From Vulcanimicrobiota bacterium (lineage in GTDB: Bacteria; Vulcanimicrobiota; Vulcanimicrobiia; Vulcanimicrobiales; Vulcanimicrobiaceae), in the NCBI GenBank assembly GCA_003133025.1, contig PKZK01000193.1, forward strand, positions 1 to 23,739: a stretch of DNA of 23,739 nucleotides, given 5' to 3'. Shown piece after piece: positions 16,611-23,739 of the stretch. The position numbers were made by a program, and so were the translations under genes. Below the pieces are notes generated by a model that worked only from the letters and a program-made list of their open reading frames with translations, did not search any database and was not told where the DNA came from. The stretch's first letter is position 1; every line of letters begins with the position of its first letter.

Positions 16611-17396
16611 TTGCGACCGAAGAAGCGCTGGGGACAGCATTTCCTCATGGACGCGGGCGCGGCGGCGCGCATCGCGGCGGCCTGCGCTCCCGCGAGCTTT
16701 GCGGAAACGCTCGAAGTCGGCGCCGGCACGGGCGCGCTCACCCGCGCGCTGCTCGACGCCGGCGGCCACGTACGCGCCCTCGAAATCGATCCGGACCTCG
16801 TCGCAATTTTGCGCGACCGCGAGGACTTGCGCGCGGCCGACATCGTCGAGACCGACGCGCTGGCCTACGATTACGCGGCGGCGTACGGCGACGCGCCCTG
16901 GTGCGCCACGGGCAATCTGCCCTACAACGTGGCGACGCCGCTGATGCTGCAATGGATCGCGCTGCCCTCACCGCCGCAACGCATCGTGGTGATGGTCCAA
17001 AAAGACGTCGCCGACCGCCTGACGGCACGTCCGGGCACGCCGGCCTATGGAAGCCTGACGCTGGCGGTCGGTTTCGCGATGCGCGTTCGCCGGGCGTTCG
17101 TGCTCGGGCCCGACGTCTTCTACCCCCGGCCCAAAGTCGATAGCGCGGTGGTCGTCATGGAACGCCACGAGGAACCGCCGGTCGCGGTCCGCGACGTTGC
17201 GTTCATGCTGCAGGTCGTCCGCGCCGGGTTCGCGTACCGCCGAAAAACGTTGGCCAACAGCGTTGCGCTCGCGCTCGACATCGACCGGTCCCGCGTCCAG
17301 GCCGCCCTCGAGCGACTCGGTATCGATACGGAGATTCGTGGAGAACAACTCGACCTGGACGCCTTCGCAGCCCTCTCCGGCGAACTGGGCTCCTGA
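16611..17396 (+). CDS. rsmA: 16S rRNA m6,2A dimethyltransferase (true start may be upstream, e.g. 16563)
   Basis: KKRWGQHFL, LEVGAGTGALT, EID, GNLPYNV, MVQKDVA, FYPRPKVDS, RRKTL. Confidence 0.95.
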   Translation: MRPKKRWGQHFLMDAGAAARIAAACAPASFAETLEVGAGTGALTRALLDAGGHVRALEIDPDLVAILRDREDLRAADIVETDALAYDYAAAYGDAPWCATGNLPYNVATPLMLQWIALPSPPQRIVVMVQKDVADRLTARPGTPAYGSLTLAVGFAMRVRRAFVLGPDVFYPRPKVDSAVVVMERHEEPPVAVRDVAFMLQVVRAGFAYRRKTLANSVALALDIDRSRVQAALERLGIDTEIRGEQLDLDAFAALSGELGS

Positions 17397-18129
17397 CTCT
17401 TTCCGGGCCGGACCGGCGGCACTCTACGCGATCGGCGCGATCTTTCTCGCGATCGCTCCCGGCGTGGTCTACGTGCTGGTTTTGGCTGCGACCGGACGCA
17501 TCGAGGTCTTCCCTGCGGCGAGCGGCAAAGCGCCGACGATCCCCGGCGTCGATCTGCTCTACGCGCAGTTGCTCACCTACGCGGTGCTGCTGCCGTATTT
17601 ACTCTATTTCTTGCCGCGGGTGGCGCAGCGTTCGCTCGCCGAACTCGGCCTGCGTGCGCCCGGCCTGCGCGAGATCGGCATCGGCCTGGCCGGCGTCGTG
17701 GCGATGTTCGTCGCGGTCAACGGCGCGTCGGCGATCGTCGCCTCGCTGACCCACTTTCACGATACCGAAGCCGCGGTCGAACTGCTCGGGCAGATGAAGA
17801 CGCCGGCCGAGAAGGTGTTGTTCGTCTTGGTCGCAGCGGTCTTGGCGCCGATCATCGAAGAACTCGCCTTCCGCGCATTTCTCTTCAACGCGTTTTCGCG
17901 CTACGCGTCGCTCGGCGTCGCGGCCGTGGTCAGCGGCGTGCTCTTCGGCTTGGTGCATGCCGCATCCGCACAGCAATTGCTCACGGTGGCCTTGCCGCTG
18001 GCCCTGGGCGGCGTCGTGCTCGCGGGCGTCTACAGCATCTCGCGCTGTTACTGGTCCAACGTCATCTCGCACGCGCTCTTCAACTCGATCAGCCTGGTCG
18101 CGGTGTTCGTCTTTCACGTAAAGCCCTGA
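17338..18129 (+). CDS. CPBP (Abi/CAAX) intramembrane metalloprotease
   Basis: PIIEELAFR, FGLVH, SHALFN motifs, multi-TM. GTG at 17338 with GGAG SD (start uncertain). Confidence 0.9.
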   Translation: MENNSTWTPSQPSPANWAPDSFRAGPAALYAIGAIFLAIAPGVVYVLVLAATGRIEVFPAASGKAPTIPGVDLLYAQLLTYAVLLPYLLYFLPRVAQRSLAELGLRAPGLREIGIGLAGVVAMFVAVNGASAIVASLTHFHDTEAAVELLGQMKTPAEKVLFVLVAAVLAPIIEELAFRAFLFNAFSRYASLGVAAVVSGVLFGLVHAASAQQLLTVALPLALGGVVLAGVYSISRCYWSNVISHALFNSISLVAVFVFHVKP

Positions 18130-18148
18130 CGCGCGTAGCGGTAGGACG

Positions 18149-19195
18149 ATGATGCGCCTCGGCGTCGACGCCTCCAACCTCGCGCGCGACCGGCGCGGCA
18201 TGGGCCGCTTCGTGCGGTCGGTCTTGCGCGCGGCCGTGGCTGCCGAGGATATCGAACTGGAGTTGCTCTCGACGCGGGGCGGCGACGATGCGCCGATCGC
18301 CGCCGAGTTTCCAGGCGTGCCCGTGCGGCGCGCGGAGGCGGGTGCTCGCTACGACGTCGTTTGGTGTCCCTGGAACGGCGTGCGCTTTTCCACAAAGGCG
18401 CCGGCCCTCGTGACGATCTACGACGCCTTCGCCTTCGACGAGCCGGCCCGCGGCTGGGTCGCGCGACGCCGCGAGCAGGCACCGATCCGGCGCGCTGCGC
18501 GCGAAGCCGAACGCGTGGCGACGATCTCTGCTTGGAGCCGCGAACGCATCGTCGCGCAGCTCGGCATCGAACGCGAGCGCATCACGGTCGTTCCCTTGGC
18601 GCCCGACGATGCGTTCTTTCCCGGTCCATCCGAGGCGTTGCCCGAAGCTCTGCGCGCGCGGCGCTACGCGCTGCTCGTGGGAGCGCGCGAGCCGCGCAAG
18701 AACGCACGGCTCGCGCTCGAAGCCTGCGCGCGCGCGTTTGCACCGGGTGAGACGCTGGTCGTGGTCGGCGAATTGAACCCGGAAGACGCGCGTCTGGCTA
18801 AACGCTTGCGCCTCTCGATCGGCGCGATCGCAGCGAGCGACGAGACCCTGCGCTCGCTCTATCGCAGCGCGTCGGTCGTGCTCGTGCCCTCGATTGCCGA
18901 AGGCTTCGGCCTGGTAGCGGTCGAGGCGCTCGCCTGCGGCGCGCCGGTCCTGGCCGCAAATTCGGCGGCGCTGCCCGAAGCGGTCGAAGGTCTGGCGCCG
19001 TTGCTGGATCCTCACGATCCCGACGTCTGGGCCGAACAGATACGGCGCGTCTTCGACGAGCCGGCGTATGCGGGCGGATTGCGCGCGCGGGGCGTCGCGC
19101 GCTTCGCCTATGCCGATCGGAGCGGGCCCGCGCGAGCGACGCTCGCGCTGCTTTCCGATCTCGCGGGCGGGCGCTCGAAGGCGCCGAGCCCGTAA
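18149..19195 (+). CDS. GT4 glycosyltransferase (MtfB/WbpY-like)
   Basis: RLGVDA..RGMGRF, VTIYD, VGAREPRKN, PSIAEGFGLVAVEALACGAPV. Confidence 0.9.
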   Translation: MMRLGVDASNLARDRRGMGRFVRSVLRAAVAAEDIELELLSTRGGDDAPIAAEFPGVPVRRAEAGARYDVVWCPWNGVRFSTKAPALVTIYDAFAFDEPARGWVARRREQAPIRRAAREAERVATISAWSRERIVAQLGIERERITVVPLAPDDAFFPGPSEALPEALRARRYALLVGAREPRKNARLALEACARAFAPGETLVVVGELNPEDARLAKRLRLSIGAIAASDETLRSLYRSASVVLVPSIAEGFGLVAVEALACGAPVLAANSAALPEAVEGLAPLLDPHDPDVWAEQIRRVFDEPAYAGGLRARGVARFAYADRSGPARATLALLSDLAGGRSKAPSP

Positions 19196-19199
19196 CGTT

Positions 19200-19364
19200 C
19201 TACGACAGGTTGTTCGAGGCGTTGGTCAGCGAGTTGCTGGCCTTCTGACCGAGCGTCCGCAATGCCGCCAGACAGAGCAGCGCCGTGAAGGTGATGATGA
19301 GGGCGTATTCGACCAAGCCTTGGCCGCTTTGATCGTTCCAGAGTTTGCGCAAACCGTCGATCAC
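19200..19364 (-). CDS. flp: Flp family type IVb pilin (alternative start ATG 19394)
   Basis: LRKLWNDQSG|QGLVEYALI: prepilin cleavage Gly, E+5/Y+6, hydrophobic helix; AGGAG SD. Confidence 0.9.
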   Translation of the reverse strand: MIDGLRKLWNDQSGQGLVEYALIITFTALLCLAALRTLGQKASNSLTNASNNLS

Positions 19365-19422
19365 GGTCTCCTGCGTGATGCTTGCGTGTGTCATCCGTGT
19401 CCTCATGGTCGTACCGCGCGGC

Positions 19423-19605
19423 TCAATTGAGATTCGACGCGGCATTGAGTAGTGTGTTGTTGGCTTTGTGCCCGAAGAGGTTGAGCGCGGCGATTGCGAC
19501 CAGCGAGACGGTCGCGAGGATGAGCGCGTACTCCACGAGTCCCTGGCCACCGTCGTCGAGTAGGAGCCTGACAACTCGAGCGACGACGCCCTTTGCGGAA
19601 ACCAT
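19423..19605 (-). CDS. flp: Flp family type IVb pilin
   Basis: LLLDDGG|QGLVEYALILATVSLVAIAAL Flp motif. Confidence 0.9.
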   Translation of the reverse strand: MVSAKGVVARVVRLLLDDGGQGLVEYALILATVSLVAIAALNLFGHKANNTLLNAASNLN

Positions 19606-19703
19606 GCTCAGAGCATAGCCGCGACGCGACCCCGCGTGCATCGGCCGTCCGGCGGTCAGCCGAACGGCTCAGCGCCCGGCGCGGGAAGGCCGATACCCGA
19701 AGG

Positions 19704-21272
19704 GTGACTACGGCACAGGAACGATGGCCGTTGGGCTTACGCGACGCCGCGCTGTCGCCGCGACAGTTGGCGCTGGTGGCCTATGCCCTGATCGCCACCG
19801 CGTTTCTGGTGGACATGCTGACGCCGCAGACGCTCGACGCCGAGGTGCTGTACACGATTCCGGTCGTGCTCGCGGCCTTCAGTCCCAACCGCAAACTCAC
19901 GTACCGCCTGGTTTTGCTGGCCATCCTCGCCGACGAGTTGGGCGCCATCTTCGACGCTGCGATCGACGGGTTTCATTGGGAAATCATCGGGATCGAGAAT
20001 CGCTTTCTCTCGCTGATTTCGCTTACGACTGTGGCCGCGCTCACACTTTCCGTGCAGGGTTTTGCGGCGCGCGTGGGGAGCATTTCGGCACTCGAGGTGC
20101 AGCGCCGCCGGCACGAAGCGCTCTCCGCCGCCGCGGATCGCTTTTTGAGCGACATGGGCAGCGGACAACTCGACGCGGCGATCGCCGCCGAGGCAGCGCG
20201 CGTCCTCGAACAATCCACCATGTACTGGTGCCCCGCGGGAAGCGAAGAGTGTTGGGTGGTGCAGGGCGGACTGCCGCGCAAAGCGAGCCGCGCGGTCGTT
20301 CCGCCCGACCTGGCCGACTTCGTCGACGGGTCGCGCGAGACGCGTCACCCCGAACTCTTTTTCGCGCGCGGGGTCAAGCCCGAGCGCAGCGCAGGCAAAA
20401 CGCAACCGACCGTGCTCGCCGTACCCATTGCCGACAAGACCCGCTTCATGGGCATCCTCCTCTCGCCCGTGCAACCTTCGAGCGAGACCGGTCTGCTCGT
20501 CATTGCCGCCAGCTTCGCGAGCCTGGTCGTGGGCGCGCTGCAACAGTCGCACCTCGTTGCGGATCTCGCCGCGCACAACCGCAAGCTCGACGAGAAGCAG
20601 GGCGTGATCCAAGGCTTGATCGACGCGATCGCCCACGATCTGCGCACGCCGCTGGCCGCGCTGTCGGTCACGCTCGAGCAGGCCGGCGAGGGCGCGTACG
20701 GCGCGCTGCCCGCGGAGTATGCCGGCGTACTCGCCGAAAGCCGAACCTCCATCCACGAGATCTCCCGGCTGGCCGAGACGCTGTTGCTCGTGGCCCGCTT
20801 GGAAAGCGGCGCGCGGCGCAACGTCCGCTCGCGCGTACCCTTGGGAACGATGGTCAAGGAACTCGCTGCGGAATTCGGCGCGATGGCCGGCGCGCGCGGC
20901 GTCTCGATCGTGACCCGCTCCGCCGACGACGTGGTAGCCCAGGGCGCGCGCGGCGATCTCCGGCGCGCGCTCGCGAACCTCGTGGCCAACGCGATCGCCC
21001 ACACGCCGCGCGGCGGCACGATCGAGCTGAGCGCGCTCAAAGACGCGCACTCCGTTGAAGTCAGCGTCTCCGACGACGGCTACGGCATCGACGAGCAGCA
21101 ACGCGGGAGCCTCTTCGAGCGCTTTTCGGGAACGGCGCAAAGCGGCACCGGCACGGGCCTGGGCCTCTACATCGTGCGTCGCGTCGCCGAAGAAGCCGGT
21201 GGCTCCGTCCGCTACGAGCCGCGCGAACCGCGCGGGTCCACGTTCACGTTGTCGCTCCCGGCGGCCGCATGA
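19704..21272 (+). CDS. Membrane sensor histidine kinase (TMs, GAF-like region, HisKA, HATPase_c); start uncertain
   Basis: AHDLRTPL H-box, NLVANAI N-box, DDGYGI G1, GTGLGL G2; N-terminal hydrophobic helices. Confidence 0.92.
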   Translation: MTTAQERWPLGLRDAALSPRQLALVAYALIATAFLVDMLTPQTLDAEVLYTIPVVLAAFSPNRKLTYRLVLLAILADELGAIFDAAIDGFHWEIIGIENRFLSLISLTTVAALTLSVQGFAARVGSISALEVQRRRHEALSAAADRFLSDMGSGQLDAAIAAEAARVLEQSTMYWCPAGSEECWVVQGGLPRKASRAVVPPDLADFVDGSRETRHPELFFARGVKPERSAGKTQPTVLAVPIADKTRFMGILLSPVQPSSETGLLVIAASFASLVVGALQQSHLVADLAAHNRKLDEKQGVIQGLIDAIAHDLRTPLAALSVTLEQAGEGAYGALPAEYAGVLAESRTSIHEISRLAETLLLVARLESGARRNVRSRVPLGTMVKELAAEFGAMAGARGVSIVTRSADDVVAQGARGDLRRALANLVANAIAHTPRGGTIELSALKDAHSVEVSVSDDGYGIDEQQRGSLFERFSGTAQSGTGTGLGLYIVRRVAEEAGGSVRYEPREPRGSTFTLSLPAAA

Positions 21273-21901
21273 CGCGCATCGTCATCGTCGAAGACCACGC
21301 CTTGATTCGCACGGGCCTGCGCACCTCGCTGCGCAACAGCGGCTTCGATGTGGTCGGCGAGGCCGCCGACGGCATCGAGGGACTCGCCGCCATCATCGAA
21401 CTCAAGCCCGACATCGCGGTCATCGACCTGGGCATCCCGGGCAAAGACGGCGTGACGCTCACCCGCGAGGTCAAGGCACTCGACGATCCACCGCGCGTGG
21501 TCGTCTTGACCATGCGCGAAGAAGAGGCCGTCGTCCAGGCGGCGCTACGCGTCGGACCCGACGCATATTGCGTGAAATCGTCGCCGCCCGGAACGATCGT
21601 CGACGCGATTCGTACGGTCGCGGCGGGCGGCGCGTACTTCGACCCGCGCGTGGCCGGCGTGGTGCTCTCGCAATTGAGCGGCGTCACCGGCGACCGCCTC
21701 GAGGATTCGCCGCTCACGCCCCGCGAGACGGAGATCCTCAGCCTGATCGCCGAAGGTGCGGCCAACGGCGAGATCGCCGAGCGGCTCTACGTCAGTCTGG
21801 GCACCGTCAAGACGCACATCGCCGAAATCATGCACAAGCTGGCGGCGTCGGACCGCGCGAACGCGACCGCAATCGCGCTGCGCAGCGGCTACATCTGCTG
21901 A
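21269..21901 (+). CDS. NarL/LuxR-family response regulator
   Basis: IVEDH, VIDLGIP (phospho-Asp), VK, LTPRE.EIL..IAEG..N.EIA.RL.VS..TVKTH HTH. ATGA overlap with the kinase. Confidence 0.95.
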   Translation: MTRIVIVEDHALIRTGLRTSLRNSGFDVVGEAADGIEGLAAIIELKPDIAVIDLGIPGKDGVTLTREVKALDDPPRVVVLTMREEEAVVQAALRVGPDAYCVKSSPPGTIVDAIRTVAAGGAYFDPRVAGVVLSQLSGVTGDRLEDSPLTPRETEILSLIAEGAANGEIAERLYVSLGTVKTHIAEIMHKLAASDRANATAIALRSGYIC

Positions 21902-22983
21902 TCGGCCGCTTCGGCGACGATGGCGCGCAGACGTTCCACGAAACGCGCCGGGGAAAAGGTCTCCGCGTGCGCACGCAGCGTCGCCGGATCGAAGCGCCGG
22001 TCGTCGAACGCCGCGAGCACTTCGGCAAGCGATTGGGCCGTCTGCGCGGAAAAGTGCTCGCCCGTGATGCCCGGCCGGATCGTCTCGAGCGCGCCACCCG
22101 CGCCGTAGGCGATGGCCGGACGACCCGACGCGTTCGCCTCGAGCGGCACGAGGCCGTAATCTTCTTCCCCGGGTAAGATCGCGGCGCGGGCGCGACCGAG
22201 CACCTCGCGCAGTTGCGGATCGTCGAGCTGGCCCAGAAACTCCGTCTGCGTGCCGCGCGCGGCGAGGCGCAGCGCCGCTTCGGCCGGTCCCGAGCCCACG
22301 ATCTTCAGCGGCACGCCCGCCAGCGCGCAGCCGGCGACGGCCAGTTCGATGCGCTTGTAGGGCAACAGTCGCGAAACCACCACGAAGTAGCCGCCGCCGC
22401 CTTCACCCACCGCGAAACGGTCCAGATCGACCGGACAATGCAACACGCGCGCATCGCGCTTGTAGTACGCGCGCACGCGCTCGGCGACGTTGCGCGAATT
22501 CGCCACGAAGAGCGTGGGACGTTCGGCCGCGCGCAGATCCCAGGCGATCAGCCGGCGGATCAACGGACGTGCGAGCGTGGCGGGGCCGAAGCCGCCGACG
22601 TAGCGCTCGTAATCGAAAGCGAACCGGCTGACCGTATTGATGTAGCACACGTGCGTCGCGCCCGGGCGCGCCAGCACGCCTTTGGCCCACGACGTGGTCG
22701 AACTGATCACGACATCGAATTCCGAGAGATCGAAGCCTTCGAAGGCGCGCGGATAGAGCGGGGCCAGATACCGGAAAGTCTTACCTGCAAAGGGAATGCG
22801 CTGCAGGCCCGAAACGCGCACGCGCGACTCGTCGATCAGATCGCCGGTGGCTTCCCGGTCGAAAAGCGCCGTGTAGACGGGTGCGCCCGGATAGGCTCGC
22901 GCGATGTGCGCGAAGACGCGTTCGGCGCCGCCGCGTTGGTTGAGGTAATCGTGGACGAGCGCGACCCGCGCGCCGCCGGTCAA
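21889..22983 (-). CDS. GT4 glycosyltransferase (WbaZ-like)
   Basis: VALVHDYLNQRGGAERV, SRLLPYKRI, PGEEDYGLVPLEANASGRP. Confidence 0.92.
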   Translation of the reverse strand: MTGGARVALVHDYLNQRGGAERVFAHIARAYPGAPVYTALFDREATGDLIDESRVRVSGLQRIPFAGKTFRYLAPLYPRAFEGFDLSEFDVVISSTTSWAKGVLARPGATHVCYINTVSRFAFDYERYVGGFGPATLARPLIRRLIAWDLRAAERPTLFVANSRNVAERVRAYYKRDARVLHCPVDLDRFAVGEGGGGYFVVVSRLLPYKRIELAVAGCALAGVPLKIVGSGPAEAALRLAARGTQTEFLGQLDDPQLREVLGRARAAILPGEEDYGLVPLEANASGRPAIAYGAGGALETIRPGITGEHFSAQTAQSLAEVLAAFDDRRFDPATLRAHAETFSPARFVERLRAIVAEAADQQM

Positions 22984-23739
22984 CTCCCCGGCGACGCCTG
23001 GCGGGGCAGAACCAGCGCCACGATGTACCGCTGCAGATAGCGCTTCGCGGCGCGCTGCACGTCGGCGGCGGTCGCGCGGTCGAGCGCCCCGAGCGCGGCG
23101 TTGACCGGATCGTCGGCGTAGCCGAACGTCCCGAAGGTGCCGAGCATATACGAGCGGTCGGCCAGCGACACGGTCTCGCTCAGAAACGTGCCTTCGGCCT
23201 GAGCCTTGTAGCGACGCAACACGTCGGGCGCGAGCGGCCGTTTGGCCAGCGACTGCGCCACGACGACGAGCCCGCGAATCGCGAGCGACGGGTCGACGCG
23301 ATTGCCGTTCACGTAGAAGATCAGGCTGGCCGGCGTGGCGTCGTAGGCGTAGAATGCGCCCACCGACCGCTCGCGCAAGCCCAGCGACGTCGTGCTGTTA
23401 CGTTCGAAGGCGTTGGAGAGTAGCGACTGCAGCACGAGCATCGCGCCGAAGTCGTTGCTGCCGGGATCGGCCGCCGCGAAACCGATCACCACGATCGGGG
23501 CGCCGACGTCGCGCCGGGCGACGATGCGCGGCGGCTCCGCGGGAATCGTCGCGACCTTCGCGGCGAGCGGCGGCAGCGAACCGTCGGGCAGAGCGGCGAG
23601 CAGCGCGCGCTCGGCGGGCGTCGTCCAGATCGCGTGCGCGAGCGAGAGGCCGCCGGCGAGCAGTCCGGCCGTATCCATCGCGGCGATCATGCCGCCGTCG
23701 GGCCAGCGCTGCCGCCCGATGCGCGCCTGCGCGCGCGTT
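22980..23739 (-). CDS. M16 peptidase-like C-terminal region; in-frame upstream part resembles an amidohydrolase (open to window end)
   Basis: M16_C-like DFGAMLVLQSLL..LRER..ALDRATAADVQRAAKRYL. Frame has no stop up to 23739, with an amidohydrolase-like LSLAHAIW segment. Confidence 0.65.
   Translation of the reverse strand, partial: TRAQARIGRQRWPDGGMIAAMDTAGLLAGGLSLAHAIWTTPAERALLAALPDGSLPPLAAKVATIPAEPPRIVARRDVGAPIVVIGFAAADPGSNDFGAMLVLQSLLSNAFERNSTTSLGLRERSVGAFYAYDATPASLIFYVNGNRVDPSLAIRGLVVVAQSLAKRPLAPDVLRRYKAQAEGTFLSETVSLADRSYMLGTFGTFGYADDPVNAALGALDRATAADVQRAAKRYLQRYIVALVLPRQASPGS

Overview
High-GC bacterial chromosomal window of mostly core genes, with a gene repertoire suggestive of a terrabacterial diderm such as Ca. 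Eremiobacterota (inference). A long minus-strand run (15209 to 1) contains, in transcription order: GT4 glycosyltransferase, a LexA-box promoter, an RNase H-like hypothetical protein, mpg, rluB, aroH-aroF-tyrA, a TonB_C-TPR protein, exbB-exbD-exbD-tonB, uppP, a small membrane protein, moaC-mog, folC-folP-folB-folK, an accB-like gene and accC. A divergent plus-strand operon has a structured leader followed by a G5/3D (YabE/RpfB-like) gene, rsmA, a CPBP protease and a GT4. Then come two Flp pilins, a two-component system, a GT4 and an M16-type ORF. No CRISPR array, tRNA, rRNA or mobile element was seen. Main highlights: (1) the accB-like gene coupled to accC lacks the biotin-accepting lysine (EALGI instead of EAMKM), resembling plant BADC regulators; (2) a perfect SOS box inside a sigma70 promoter drives a catalytically degenerate RNase H-fold protein plus a 3-methyladenine glycosylase; (3) a candidate riboswitch-like leader precedes the rpfB-like/ksgA operon; (4) several genes appear to start at non-canonical codons overlapping upstream stops; (5) the last ORF is an amidohydrolase/M16 chimera.
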